This document shows positions 32,266-41,300 of a stretch of DNA of 49,981 nt, piece after piece. How positions within the stretch are numbered: position 1 is the first letter of the stretch; each line of letters opens with the position of its first letter. Source of the DNA: Alphaproteobacteria bacterium. Its GTDB lineage: Bacteria; Pseudomonadota; Alphaproteobacteria; JAJFIK01. The notes below the pieces were generated by a model. It ran no database searches. It was given only the letters and a program-made list of their open reading frames with translations, and was not told the origin of the DNA. Location: NCBI GenBank assembly GCA_028280665.1, contig JANQLJ010000032.1:1-49981 (forward strand). The letters are read 5' to 3'. The position numbers and the translations under genes are program-made.

Positions 32266-34257
32266 ATGGCTCGTCTATCCGCCCGCCTTTTGGCGGGGCT
32301 TATTCTTATTTTGGTATCCTTTACGGGCACGGCAATGGCGCAGACACCGCCGCCGGCCTCCGCCTTTCTTTGGGAGATGCGCAATGTGCAAATCTCGCCG
32401 GATGGGCAGTACATATCGATGATTCAGCCTTTTCAGGGACGGACGGCGCTGGTCGTCTACCCTTACAGCGGCGGAGAACCGGTAGTCATCGAGGGCGGTC
32501 AGCGCACCGAAGGCGAAAACCTGGAAGTCACTAGCCACTTCTGGTCCGGCGACCGGATTGTGGTGACCGTGAACTGGAACGACCACTACCAATCGCGACG
32601 TGCAAACTTCCGCCTTGAACAAACGCGGCTATTGTCGGTTCGTCCCGATGGCCGCGACGTTCAGGTCCTCTTTGAATCGCGGCAAGACGATGTCAACGAT
32701 ATCGCCATTGAAAGCAACATCGTCGATAGATTGTCAGACGACGATGAGCATATTCTCGTTTCCCTTTTTGAAGTGGTTGAGAATGTCGGCTTTCAGACTG
32801 TCGCAAGGGTGAATATCAATACGGGCCGGCACGTCCGCATCGCGCAAGGGACAGCAGATACGACCGAGTGGGCAACAGATACTGACGGAAACGTCGTTGC
32901 CCGAACGGACAATGTGGATGGTCAGTTGCGGTTGCTTGTGCGGGAGCCTGGATCTCTCAACTGGCGCAGAATTTTGACCGATGAATGGTTCGATGAAGAA
33001 GGTGAAGGCTGGCTCTACCCCATAACGGTGCTTGATGACGGCAACTCGCTTTATATTGAATCCAATCACGAAGGCCGTATTGGAATCTACAAGTACGATC
33101 TGGAAAGCGGCGGGATGGAGCGCATCTTCCTGCACGATTGGGTCGATGCGGGCAACCTTTTGTACGCCGCCGAGGACGACAAGCTGATCGGTGTTAGCTA
33201 CACGGTACATACGCCGCGGGTTCATTATTTCGATGAAGAAGCGGAGGCGGATATTCGCCGTTACGCAAACTATATCTTGGGAAGTGACGCCTATCTGGAT
33301 GCGGATGATCGTGAGATCAGTGCCGTTGTCGGCATGAATTCAGAGAACGACGATGAGACTCGTAGAATCCTTGTGACCTACGGTCCCGGCGATCCGCCGG
33401 TCTATTATCTGATGGACGACGAGGAGCGGTCGATCAATGAACTTGGGCAGTCATACCCTCAACTGAGCCCGGACAATTTGGCCGCCATCAGCGTGGTCAC
33501 CTATACGGCGCGTGACGGGAGGGAAATCCCGAGCTATCTCGCGCTTCCGCCTGGCTATCGGCCCGAAGACGGCCCCGTTCCCTTTGTGCTTTGGCCGCAT
33601 GGCGGACCGAATGCGCGTGATGACGCAACCTTCGATGTCCTCCGCCAATTCCTGGCTACGCGCGGTTATGCGGTGTTTGCGCCTCAATTCCGGGGATCCC
33701 GGGGGTTTGGGCAAGAGTTCATGCGCGCCGGGTTTGAGGAATGGGGCGAGGCCATGCAGGACGACCTCACGGACGCCACCCAATTCATGATCGACAGTGA
33801 CATCGCCGACCCCCGCCGCATGTGCTTCTTCGGCTGGAGTTACTCCGCATACGCCGCGCTTTATGCGGCCGTGGATACGCCCGACCTTTACAATTGCGCG
33901 ATTGGGGTCAATGGCGTTTACGACCTGCCACGCATGATGGGCGATCTCACAACTAGCCGTGCTTGGCGCGCGCTGGATTTCTGGGAAGGCTCCATGGGTG
34001 ACGAATGGGATCAGCTGGCTCACGTATCTCCCAACCGGCGGGTGGATGAGATACGAATTCCGGTCCTTGTCATTGCCAGTAAGGAAGATGCAACCGTGCC
34101 GTACGAGGAAACCACACGCCTTCTTCAGTCACTGCGTCAAGCCGGCGTTCCGGCCGAGCAGCGCATTTTTGACTATGGCAATCACTCCATGGACTACCGG
34201 CCCAACATGGAGGAGACATTCTTGCTCATCGAGCAGTTCCTGGACCGGCACATGTAG
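32266..34257 (+). CDS. Secreted S9 (prolyl oligopeptidase-like) peptidase, copy 1
   Basis: Signal peptide (AMA-Q), propeller-like N-region, PHGGP, nucleophile GWSYS, Asp in EDATV and His in GNHSM. Confidence 0.9.
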   Translation: MARLSARLLAGLILILVSFTGTAMAQTPPPASAFLWEMRNVQISPDGQYISMIQPFQGRTALVVYPYSGGEPVVIEGGQRTEGENLEVTSHFWSGDRIVVTVNWNDHYQSRRANFRLEQTRLLSVRPDGRDVQVLFESRQDDVNDIAIESNIVDRLSDDDEHILVSLFEVVENVGFQTVARVNINTGRHVRIAQGTADTTEWATDTDGNVVARTDNVDGQLRLLVREPGSLNWRRILTDEWFDEEGEGWLYPITVLDDGNSLYIESNHEGRIGIYKYDLESGGMERIFLHDWVDAGNLLYAAEDDKLIGVSYTVHTPRVHYFDEEAEADIRRYANYILGSDAYLDADDREISAVVGMNSENDDETRRILVTYGPGDPPVYYLMDDEERSINELGQSYPQLSPDNLAAISVVTYTARDGREIPSYLALPPGYRPEDGPVPFVLWPHGGPNARDDATFDVLRQFLATRGYAVFAPQFRGSRGFGQEFMRAGFEEWGEAMQDDLTDATQFMIDSDIADPRRMCFFGWSYSAYAALYAAVDTPDLYNCAIGVNGVYDLPRMMGDLTTSRAWRALDFWEGSMGDEWDQLAHVSPNRRVDEIRIPVLVIASKEDATVPYEETTRLLQSLRQAGVPAEQRIFDYGNHSMDYRPNMEETFLLIEQFLDRHM

Positions 34258-34280
34258 CGCTTGAACATCTGTGTGAAAGC

Positions 34281-34316
34281 GCCCCGCCTGCGGTTTCGCG
34301 GGCGGGGCTTCTTTTT
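34281..34316 (+). terminator. Intrinsic terminator between the two S9 genes
   Basis: GCCCCGCCTGCG GTTT CGCGGGCGGGGC followed by TTCTTTTT. Confidence 0.85.
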
Positions 34317-34326
34317 CGCGGTATAG

Positions 34327-34356
34327 TTGCTTCCCGCCCCCAAGGTCCCGTATGCT
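34327..34356 (+). promoter_or_regulatory. Putative promoter of S9 copy 2
   Basis: TTGCTT-N18-TATGCT. Confidence 0.5.
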
Positions 34357-34385
34357 CGGGTACCGGGTAAGTTGGGGGCACGGAG

Positions 34386-36329
34386 ATGTTCAAGCCGATG
34401 AAATCGGGGCTCATCGGGGCGCTGATCGCCGCATTCATTTTTGTCTTTTCTTTCAGCTCGGCCGCTGCCGAAGGCCCGCCTGCGCGAAACTTCATACCGG
34501 AGTTTTCCGGCGTCATCCTCTCGCCCGACGGCGAACGGGTCGCAACCATTCGCCCCCACAACAATCGCAATGCCATTGTGATTTACCGTTTTGACGACCC
34601 GCCGGGGGAAGGCGGCGAACACACCTTAATTGTTCCTTCGGGTGAAGGTGTGGACATTATTGCCTATGTGTGGGCGGGCCCCCGGCGGCTCTTCGTCGTT
34701 GCCGGGTTCGCGCATCAGAACGTCAATAATTTCAGGCAGGTTGACTGGACGGCATTCGGGACGCATTTCATGTCGCTCGATATCTCCACCGGCAGGCTTG
34801 TTTTCTTCCGGGGGCTGCGGAATGGCGCGTCGCTGATCGACCCGCTGCCCGACGACCCCGAGCACATCATGATACAAGAACCCTCTGGCGCCTTTCTGCG
34901 GCCGGCACTGCTTGATATCACCGATGGGTCAAAAGACTATCTTGAGCGCGGCCGCGCCGAATGGGGGCGGTTCGCATTAGACCGCCGCAACCGCCCGCGT
35001 GCCCTCATTACGCAAAATGTGATTGAGCAGGTCACCCGTATTTTCTGGAGGCGGGCGGACGGCGTGAGCTGGCGTGAAGCCCATCGGCTTCCCCTGTTAC
35101 GGGGCGGCAGTGCCGAGGCGATTGGCATATTGGAACATGATGATGGGGAGTATCTCTATTTCATGTCCAACATGGACCGCCGCAATGCGGTCTATCGCTA
35201 CAGGCTTGAAAGCCAAGGCGAGGCGGAACTCGTTTACATGCATGACCGGCATGATGTTTTCGATCTTACTTACAATCCGCAAAGCGGTGCGCGCTACTAT
35301 GTGGAATACATCGGAGACGTTTACCAGCGCCACTATTTCCGCCGGCGGTCGCAGCAATTGGACGAGGCACTTAACGAGTATCTGCCAGGCGATTATGCCT
35401 ACGCCATGAGCAGTGCCAACGACCGCTATGTTGTGCAATCGTTTTCCCCTGGCCGGCCGTCGCAGGTTCACCTCTACGATGCGAATACAGGTGCGCTCAC
35501 ATATTTCGCTCCGCGGTATATTGGCCTGGAAGAAGGTGCGCTCGCCAATATCAGCAAGTTTGACTACACCGCGCGCGACGGCCTTGAGATCCCTGGCTAT
35601 CTGGCCGTACCCCAGGGTATGGAGGAGGGGCCGCAGCCTGTGCTGGTGTGGCCTCATGGCGGCCCCTTTGCGCGCGATACCATGATGTTCGACCCTATCC
35701 GCCAGTATCTTGCGTCGAATGGGGTTTTGGTTTTCTCACCCAATTTTCGCGGATCGACAGGATACGGGAACGCCTTTGTGACGGCAGGACGCGGGCAATG
35801 GGGTCTTGCCATGCAGACTGATGTAATCGACGGTGTTCAGGCTCTTATCGATCAAGGGATTGCCGATCCCGACCGGATTTGCATTGGCGGCTGGTCGTAT
35901 GGCGCTTATGTCGCGCTCTATGCGGCGGTTGAAACGCCGGATCTTTTTAGATGTGCGATCGGCGTCAACGGCGTTTATGACGTGGAATCCTATCGCGATG
36001 ACCTCGGCTCCATTGATGCTTTTGGCATTCCTGATTTCCATCGGGAAGAACGCTGGGGCGAGGCTGCCAATGACCGGGCGCGGCTTCGCCGTCTCTCTCC
36101 CACTCACCGTGCGGACGAGATTACCATTCCGGTCTTGATCATCGCCTCTGCGGAAGACCCCATTGTCGACATCTCTCATGCGGAAGACCTCATAGACGCC
36201 TTACATGAGGCGGGGCGCACGCCGCAAACGCTTCTCATTGAGGAAGGAGATCACAGCATGAATTATGGCGAATCGTTCGTGCAGACCTTCGAGACCATGG
36301 GGGCGTTCGTCAGGGAACATTTGCACTAG
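34386..36329 (+). CDS. Secreted S9 peptidase, copy 2
   Basis: Signal peptide (AAA-E), PHGGP, GWSYG, EDPIV and GDHSM. Confidence 0.9.
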   Translation: MFKPMKSGLIGALIAAFIFVFSFSSAAAEGPPARNFIPEFSGVILSPDGERVATIRPHNNRNAIVIYRFDDPPGEGGEHTLIVPSGEGVDIIAYVWAGPRRLFVVAGFAHQNVNNFRQVDWTAFGTHFMSLDISTGRLVFFRGLRNGASLIDPLPDDPEHIMIQEPSGAFLRPALLDITDGSKDYLERGRAEWGRFALDRRNRPRALITQNVIEQVTRIFWRRADGVSWREAHRLPLLRGGSAEAIGILEHDDGEYLYFMSNMDRRNAVYRYRLESQGEAELVYMHDRHDVFDLTYNPQSGARYYVEYIGDVYQRHYFRRRSQQLDEALNEYLPGDYAYAMSSANDRYVVQSFSPGRPSQVHLYDANTGALTYFAPRYIGLEEGALANISKFDYTARDGLEIPGYLAVPQGMEEGPQPVLVWPHGGPFARDTMMFDPIRQYLASNGVLVFSPNFRGSTGYGNAFVTAGRGQWGLAMQTDVIDGVQALIDQGIADPDRICIGGWSYGAYVALYAAVETPDLFRCAIGVNGVYDVESYRDDLGSIDAFGIPDFHREERWGEAANDRARLRRLSPTHRADEITIPVLIIASAEDPIVDISHAEDLIDALHEAGRTPQTLLIEEGDHSMNYGESFVQTFETMGAFVREHLH

Positions 36330-36339
36330 GCGATAAGTC

Positions 36340-36368
36340 TTGGCCTGGCGGGCCCCCTCGGCTAAAAC
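36340..36368 (+). promoter_or_regulatory. Putative leaderless promoter of bioF
   Basis: TTGGCC-N17-TAAAAC, 7 nt, then ATG; no SD. Confidence 0.55.
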
Positions 36369-36375
36369 CTCCCTC

Positions 36376-37542
36376 ATGGCTGAAACCCCCGTGGCATTTG
36401 CTGCAAATAAGCTCGCCGAGCTCGACGCGCGCAGGCAAAGGCGGCAACTTTTTGAGACCGACCGGCAAACATCCGTCTATGTGCGGCGGGGTGGCCGCGA
36501 GCTTATCTCGTTTTGCTGCAACGATTACCTCAATCTCTCCGCGCACGCCTGCGTCAAAGAAGCGGCCAAGGCCGCCATCGACCGCTATGGGGCGGGCGCA
36601 GGCGCCTCGCGGCTTGTCACCGGCGATCATCCGCTGTTGCGCGCCCTTGAGCGCGCCCTTGCCGCCTTCAAAGGAACCGAAGACGCGGTGGTGTTCGGCT
36701 CGGGCTATCTCGCCAATGTTGGGATCATCCCGGTGTTCGCGGGCCCCGGTGATCTTATCCTTGCCGATGAGCTGAGCCACGCCTGCCTTCACGCAGGCGC
36801 GCAGCTTTCGGGCGCAACGCTCATTCGCTTTGCCCACAATGATATGGGGGCGGCCAAGCGGCACCTTGCGGCGCATCGCGCCCGTCATCGCCATTGCCTC
36901 ATTGTGACGGACGGGGTCTTCAGCATGGACGGCGATCTGGCGCCGTTGCCGGAGCTTGCACGCCTTGCGGGCGCGCACGATGCCTGGCTCATGACCGACG
37001 ATGCCCACGGCCTTGGCGTCATTGGCAGGGGACGCGGATCAAGACATGCATTCACGCCGCCGCCGCCCATACCTTTGCAGATGGGCACGCTTTCCAAGGC
37101 GCTTGGCTCTTACGGGGGGTATCTTTGCGGCGATAAGGCGGTGTGTGATCTCATCAAGACACGCGCCCGGTCTTTGGTTTACTCAACGGGTCTTCCGCCT
37201 GCTTCCACCGCTGCAGCCCTGGAAGCGCTCAAGATCGTGGAAGAAGAACCCGCGCGCGCCGCCGCGCCGCTTGAAAAGGCGCGGGCGTTCTGCGCCGGCG
37301 CCGGGCTTGCGCGCCCCGAAAGTCCTATTGTGCCGCTCATCCTCGGTAAGGAAGATGCCGCCCTGGCTGCCTCCGCCGCTCTTGAGGATAAAGGCTTTCT
37401 CGTCACTGCCATTCGCCCGCCCACAGTGCCCAAGGGCACCGCGCGCTTGCGCTTTACCTTTACTGCAGAACATAAAGATAGCGATGTGGAACTGCTCGCC
37501 AGTGAAGTCCGTAAGCTGACGATCCCGGCGGCGGCAGAGTAG
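36376..37542 (+). CDS. bioF: 8-amino-7-oxononanoate synthase
   Basis: NDYLNL, GASRLVTG, DGVFSMDGD, DDAHG, GTLSKALG and IRPPTVP. Confidence 0.96.
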   Translation: MAETPVAFAANKLAELDARRQRRQLFETDRQTSVYVRRGGRELISFCCNDYLNLSAHACVKEAAKAAIDRYGAGAGASRLVTGDHPLLRALERALAAFKGTEDAVVFGSGYLANVGIIPVFAGPGDLILADELSHACLHAGAQLSGATLIRFAHNDMGAAKRHLAAHRARHRHCLIVTDGVFSMDGDLAPLPELARLAGAHDAWLMTDDAHGLGVIGRGRGSRHAFTPPPPIPLQMGTLSKALGSYGGYLCGDKAVCDLIKTRARSLVYSTGLPPASTAAALEALKIVEEEPARAAAPLEKARAFCAGAGLARPESPIVPLILGKEDAALAASAALEDKGFLVTAIRPPTVPKGTARLRFTFTAEHKDSDVELLASEVRKLTIPAAAE

Positions 37543-37546
37543 GCCG

Positions 37547-38263
37547 GTGGGGCAAGGGCTCTTTGTTACTTCATCGGGAACCGAGATCGGCAAGACCTTT
37601 GTCACTGCGGCGCTTGCCTCGCAACTCCGTGAAGCAGGTAAAACCGTTGCGGTGTTCAAACCCCTCTTGAGCGGTTTTGATGAAGCGGATCCGGGCACCT
37701 CGGATCCGGGCACCTCGGATACGGGCGTCCTCTTACGCGCGCTTGGGAAAGAAATCACCCAAGACGCCATCGCGGCGATGACACCCTGGCGTTTTCAGGC
37801 GGCGCTTTCCCCCGATATGGCCGCCGCCCGCGAGGGCCGTGAGATCGATTTCGGTGAGGTTACTGCCTTTACCGCGAAGGCCTTTGAGAGAGAAGAGGAT
37901 TGGGTGCTGATGGAAGGGGTCGGCGGCCTCATGGCGCCCATCGGCCAGGCCCATACGGTTGTGGATTGGATCGAGGCGGCAAATGTGCCCGCGCTTCTGG
38001 TGGTGGGCGGCTATCTCGGCACCATCTCGCATACGCTTACCGCCGCCGCCGCACTGGCCGCGCGGGGCATTCCCCTTGTGGGTATTGTGATCTCGGCCAC
38101 GGGCGCGCTGCCCGTCCCGGCGGAAGAAACGGCCCAGACGATTTCGCGCTTTCTGCCGGGGGTCACTATTACCATTGTGCCCGATCTCGGCGCCGCGCCG
38201 GACGCTTGGGCGGGGGCACCCGATCTTCTGGGTGCGCTTGAAGCGGCGCACACTCCCGCCTGA
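37547..38263 (+). CDS. bioD: Dethiobiotin synthetase
   Basis: FVTSSGTEIGKT, FKP, SP.MAA, EGVGG and LGTISHT; GTG start. Confidence 0.95.
   Translation: MGQGLFVTSSGTEIGKTFVTAALASQLREAGKTVAVFKPLLSGFDEADPGTSDPGTSDTGVLLRALGKEITQDAIAAMTPWRFQAALSPDMAAAREGREIDFGEVTAFTAKAFEREEDWVLMEGVGGLMAPIGQAHTVVDWIEAANVPALLVVGGYLGTISHTLTAAAALAARGIPLVGIVISATGALPVPAEETAQTISRFLPGVTITIVPDLGAAPDAWAGAPDLLGALEAAHTPA
37686..37720 (+). repeat. 15-bp in-frame tandem duplication in bioD
   Basis: CGGATCCGGGCACCT twice plus CGGAT, encoding DPGTS-DPGTS-D. Confidence 0.9.
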
Positions 38264-38333
38264 ATGGCGTCACAAAACTGCTGAATTAGGCCATCATGGT
38301 GCCGCCGCGTATCGCCGAAAAAGGAGGGAAGTC

Positions 38334-41300
38334 ATGCAGCGACGGTTGAGTCTCTATCTCATCATCGGGGTCGCAACGCTGGCGCTCCTTACCTGGTTCT
38401 TTTTTACTCAGCCCTGGCAGGGTGGTGGTGGGCCCAGCATCCCATCCGGAGGCCAAGAGATCGCGGGCGAAACCGCAGGCGCCCCGCCCGCGACCTATGC
38501 CTTCATCCGGCTTGAGGTGGACACCAGCAGCAACACGCCGGAGGCTTGTCTTGTCTTCTCCGAACCCCTCGATGGAGACGGCTCTGTCACTTACGAGGAC
38601 TATCTGGCGATTACGCCTGCGGCAAAACCCTCCTTGCGCGTTGCGGGATCGCTCCTCTGTATTGGTGGGCTTTCCTTCAATCAGACCTATCAGGTGACAT
38701 TGCGCCAGGGGCTTCCGGCGGCAAGCGGCAATGTAACGCCTGCGGACGAAATCGTGCCCGTGGAATTGCGCGACCGCCCGCCTGCCGCGGCGTTCGGGGG
38801 CGGGGTTATCCTGCCGCGCGACGCGGGCGGCGCCATCCCCGTAACGACGGTCAATATCGATACGCTCTCCATCCGTGTCCTGAGGGTTGGAGACCGGCTT
38901 TTGTCGCAATTGCGCCAAGGCCTTCTCGATGAAACACAGCTTTACAGGTATGACGCGAATAACATTGAAAACGAACGGGGCGCGCTCGTCTGGCAAGGCG
39001 AGATGGAGATTGAGAGCGTCCCCAACGAATCGGTGGTGACGAGGTTCCCGATCTCGGAAGTGCTGGGGGACGCAGGGCCCGGCGCCTATCTGGTGCTGGC
39101 CGAAGATGCGGGCGAGAGCGACAGCACCGGGAACTATTGGCGCGGCACGGCAGCGCAATGGGTCATCGAGACGAATTTGGGGCTGACCACATTCTTGGGG
39201 GCCGGTGGGCTGAACGTCTTCGTCCGTTCCTTAAGCAGTGCGCGGAACTTGCGCAATGTGGAACTCACCCTGATCGCGCGGAACAATGACATTCTGGCAA
39301 CGCGCGAGACAGGGGCGAACGGCGCTGCCCGCTTCGAAGAAGGATTTACGCGCGGGCGTGGCGGGCTCGAACCCGTTGCGGTCATGGCCTATGGCCCGGA
39401 CGGCGACTTTGCTTTTCTCGATTTGCGGCGTCCGGCTTTTGATTTTTCCGACCGCGGCGTTTCAGGCCGCGCGACGCCCGGCCCCATCGACGCCTTTCTT
39501 TACACCGACCGGGGCATCTACCGCCCGGGGGAAACCGTTCAGCTCGTCACCCTGTTGCGCAACCGCAATGCGGAAGCGCTCGGCGATGTGCCGCTGACCC
39601 TGGTGGTGACGCGCCCCGATGGCGTTGAGTTCCGGCGGGAGACCGTGAACGAACAGCAAGCGGGCGCAGTGCATTTTCCCGTCACGCTTTCGCGCACGGC
39701 GCGGCATGGGCTTTGGCGCGCGGCGGCTTACGTGGATACAGACGCTGCGCCCGTGGGCCAGGTGCGTTTCGAAGTGCAGGACTTTGTGCCTGAGCGGCTT
39801 GAGGTGACCGCAAGCCCCCGCGAGGCGGTGCTCACGGCAGGTGATGACATCGCCATCGATGTGCGCGCACGGTTTCTTTATGGCGCGCCCGCAGCGAACA
39901 TGAGCGGCGAGGCGGAGCTGCGGCTTGAACATGACCGCGAGCCCTTCGAAGGGTTTGAAGACTTTCATTTCGGACGGGTTGAAGAAGCGCTCGATGCGAG
40001 CTTCCGGCCGCTCGACATGGCGCCGACGGACCGAGCTGGCGAAACGGTCGCGGCGGGTTCGCTTGTCGGCTTGCCGCCGACCACCTGGCCGCTGGCGGGC
40101 CGGGTGCGCGTGGCAGTGTTCGAGCCCGGCGGGCGGTCCTCGCAAACCCTGACCGACATCGCTATCCGCACTGGCGAGGCCTATATTGGCATCCGCTCCG
40201 CCTTTGAAGGGCGGTTCGTGCGCGAGGGCGCGCAAGCGGCGTTCGATCTCATCGCCGTTGATCGCGAGGGCGCGCGCATTCCTGCAAGGGACCTTAGCTG
40301 GGAAATCGTACGTGAAGTACGGAACTATCAATGGTACGAAGTAAATGGCCAGTGGCGTTTTGAGCCCATTATCCGCGACCGGCCCGTGCGCGCGGGGACC
40401 GTCAGTATAGGGACGGATGAGTTTGCGGGTATCACCGAAGCGCTCCCCTGGGGAACTTACCGCTTGATTGTGTCCGATGCCGCGGGAGAGGCCTCAACCT
40501 CCGTGCGGTTCTATTCCGGCTGGTGGGGCGCTTCCTCGCCTGACCGGCCCGACCAGCTTGTGGTCACCGCGAGCGCCGACCGCTTTGCCCTCGGCGGCCG
40601 GGCCGAGATCACCATCCGGCCCGAGCAAGCGGGCCCCGCGCTCATCGTCATTGCCAATGACCGGGTGATTGAGACCCGCCACGTGAATGTGCCCGCGGAA
40701 GGGCGGCGCGTGCGCTTTGACGTTACCGAAGAATGGGGCGCGGGCGCCTATGCGCTCGTGACTCACTACCGGGCGCTCGGCGACGGCAACCCGCGTGCGC
40801 CGGTGCGGTCCGTGGGGGTCGCGTATCTCGACGTGGATCACGAGGCGCGCGTTCTTGATGTCTCGATCGAGGCGCCGGGTATCACCGCACCGCAAACGCG
40901 CATCGAGGTTCCCGTCGAGGTGGCGAACCTTGGGGGCGAGGCGGCGTTCTTGACGCTCGCCGCCGTCGATCAGGGCATCCTGCAGCTCACCGGGTTCGAA
41001 CCGCCTAACCCTGAAGATCACTACTTTGGCCGGCGGCGGCTCGGCATCGACATGCGCGATGACTATGGGCGGCTGATCCAGGCTCAGGAGGGCGCGCTGG
41101 GCGCGATCCGCTCGGGCGGCGATGCGGCCCTTGGCAGCGCCGGGCTGAATGTGGTTCCCACACGGACGGTTGCGCTGTTCTCGGGCCTTGTGGAACTCGA
41201 TGCAGATGGCCGCGCCATTGTGCCGTTGGACATTCCCGATTTTGCGGGTGAGCTGCGCCTTATGGCGGTCGCGGTCTCGGAGACGCGCGTGGGTCAGGCG

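Noticed and set aside
32266-36329. S9 proteins as BioH-replacing pimeloyl-ACP methyl esterases
   Set aside because: They carry signal peptides and propeller domains, whereas ACP substrates are cytoplasmic; bioC is also absent from the window.
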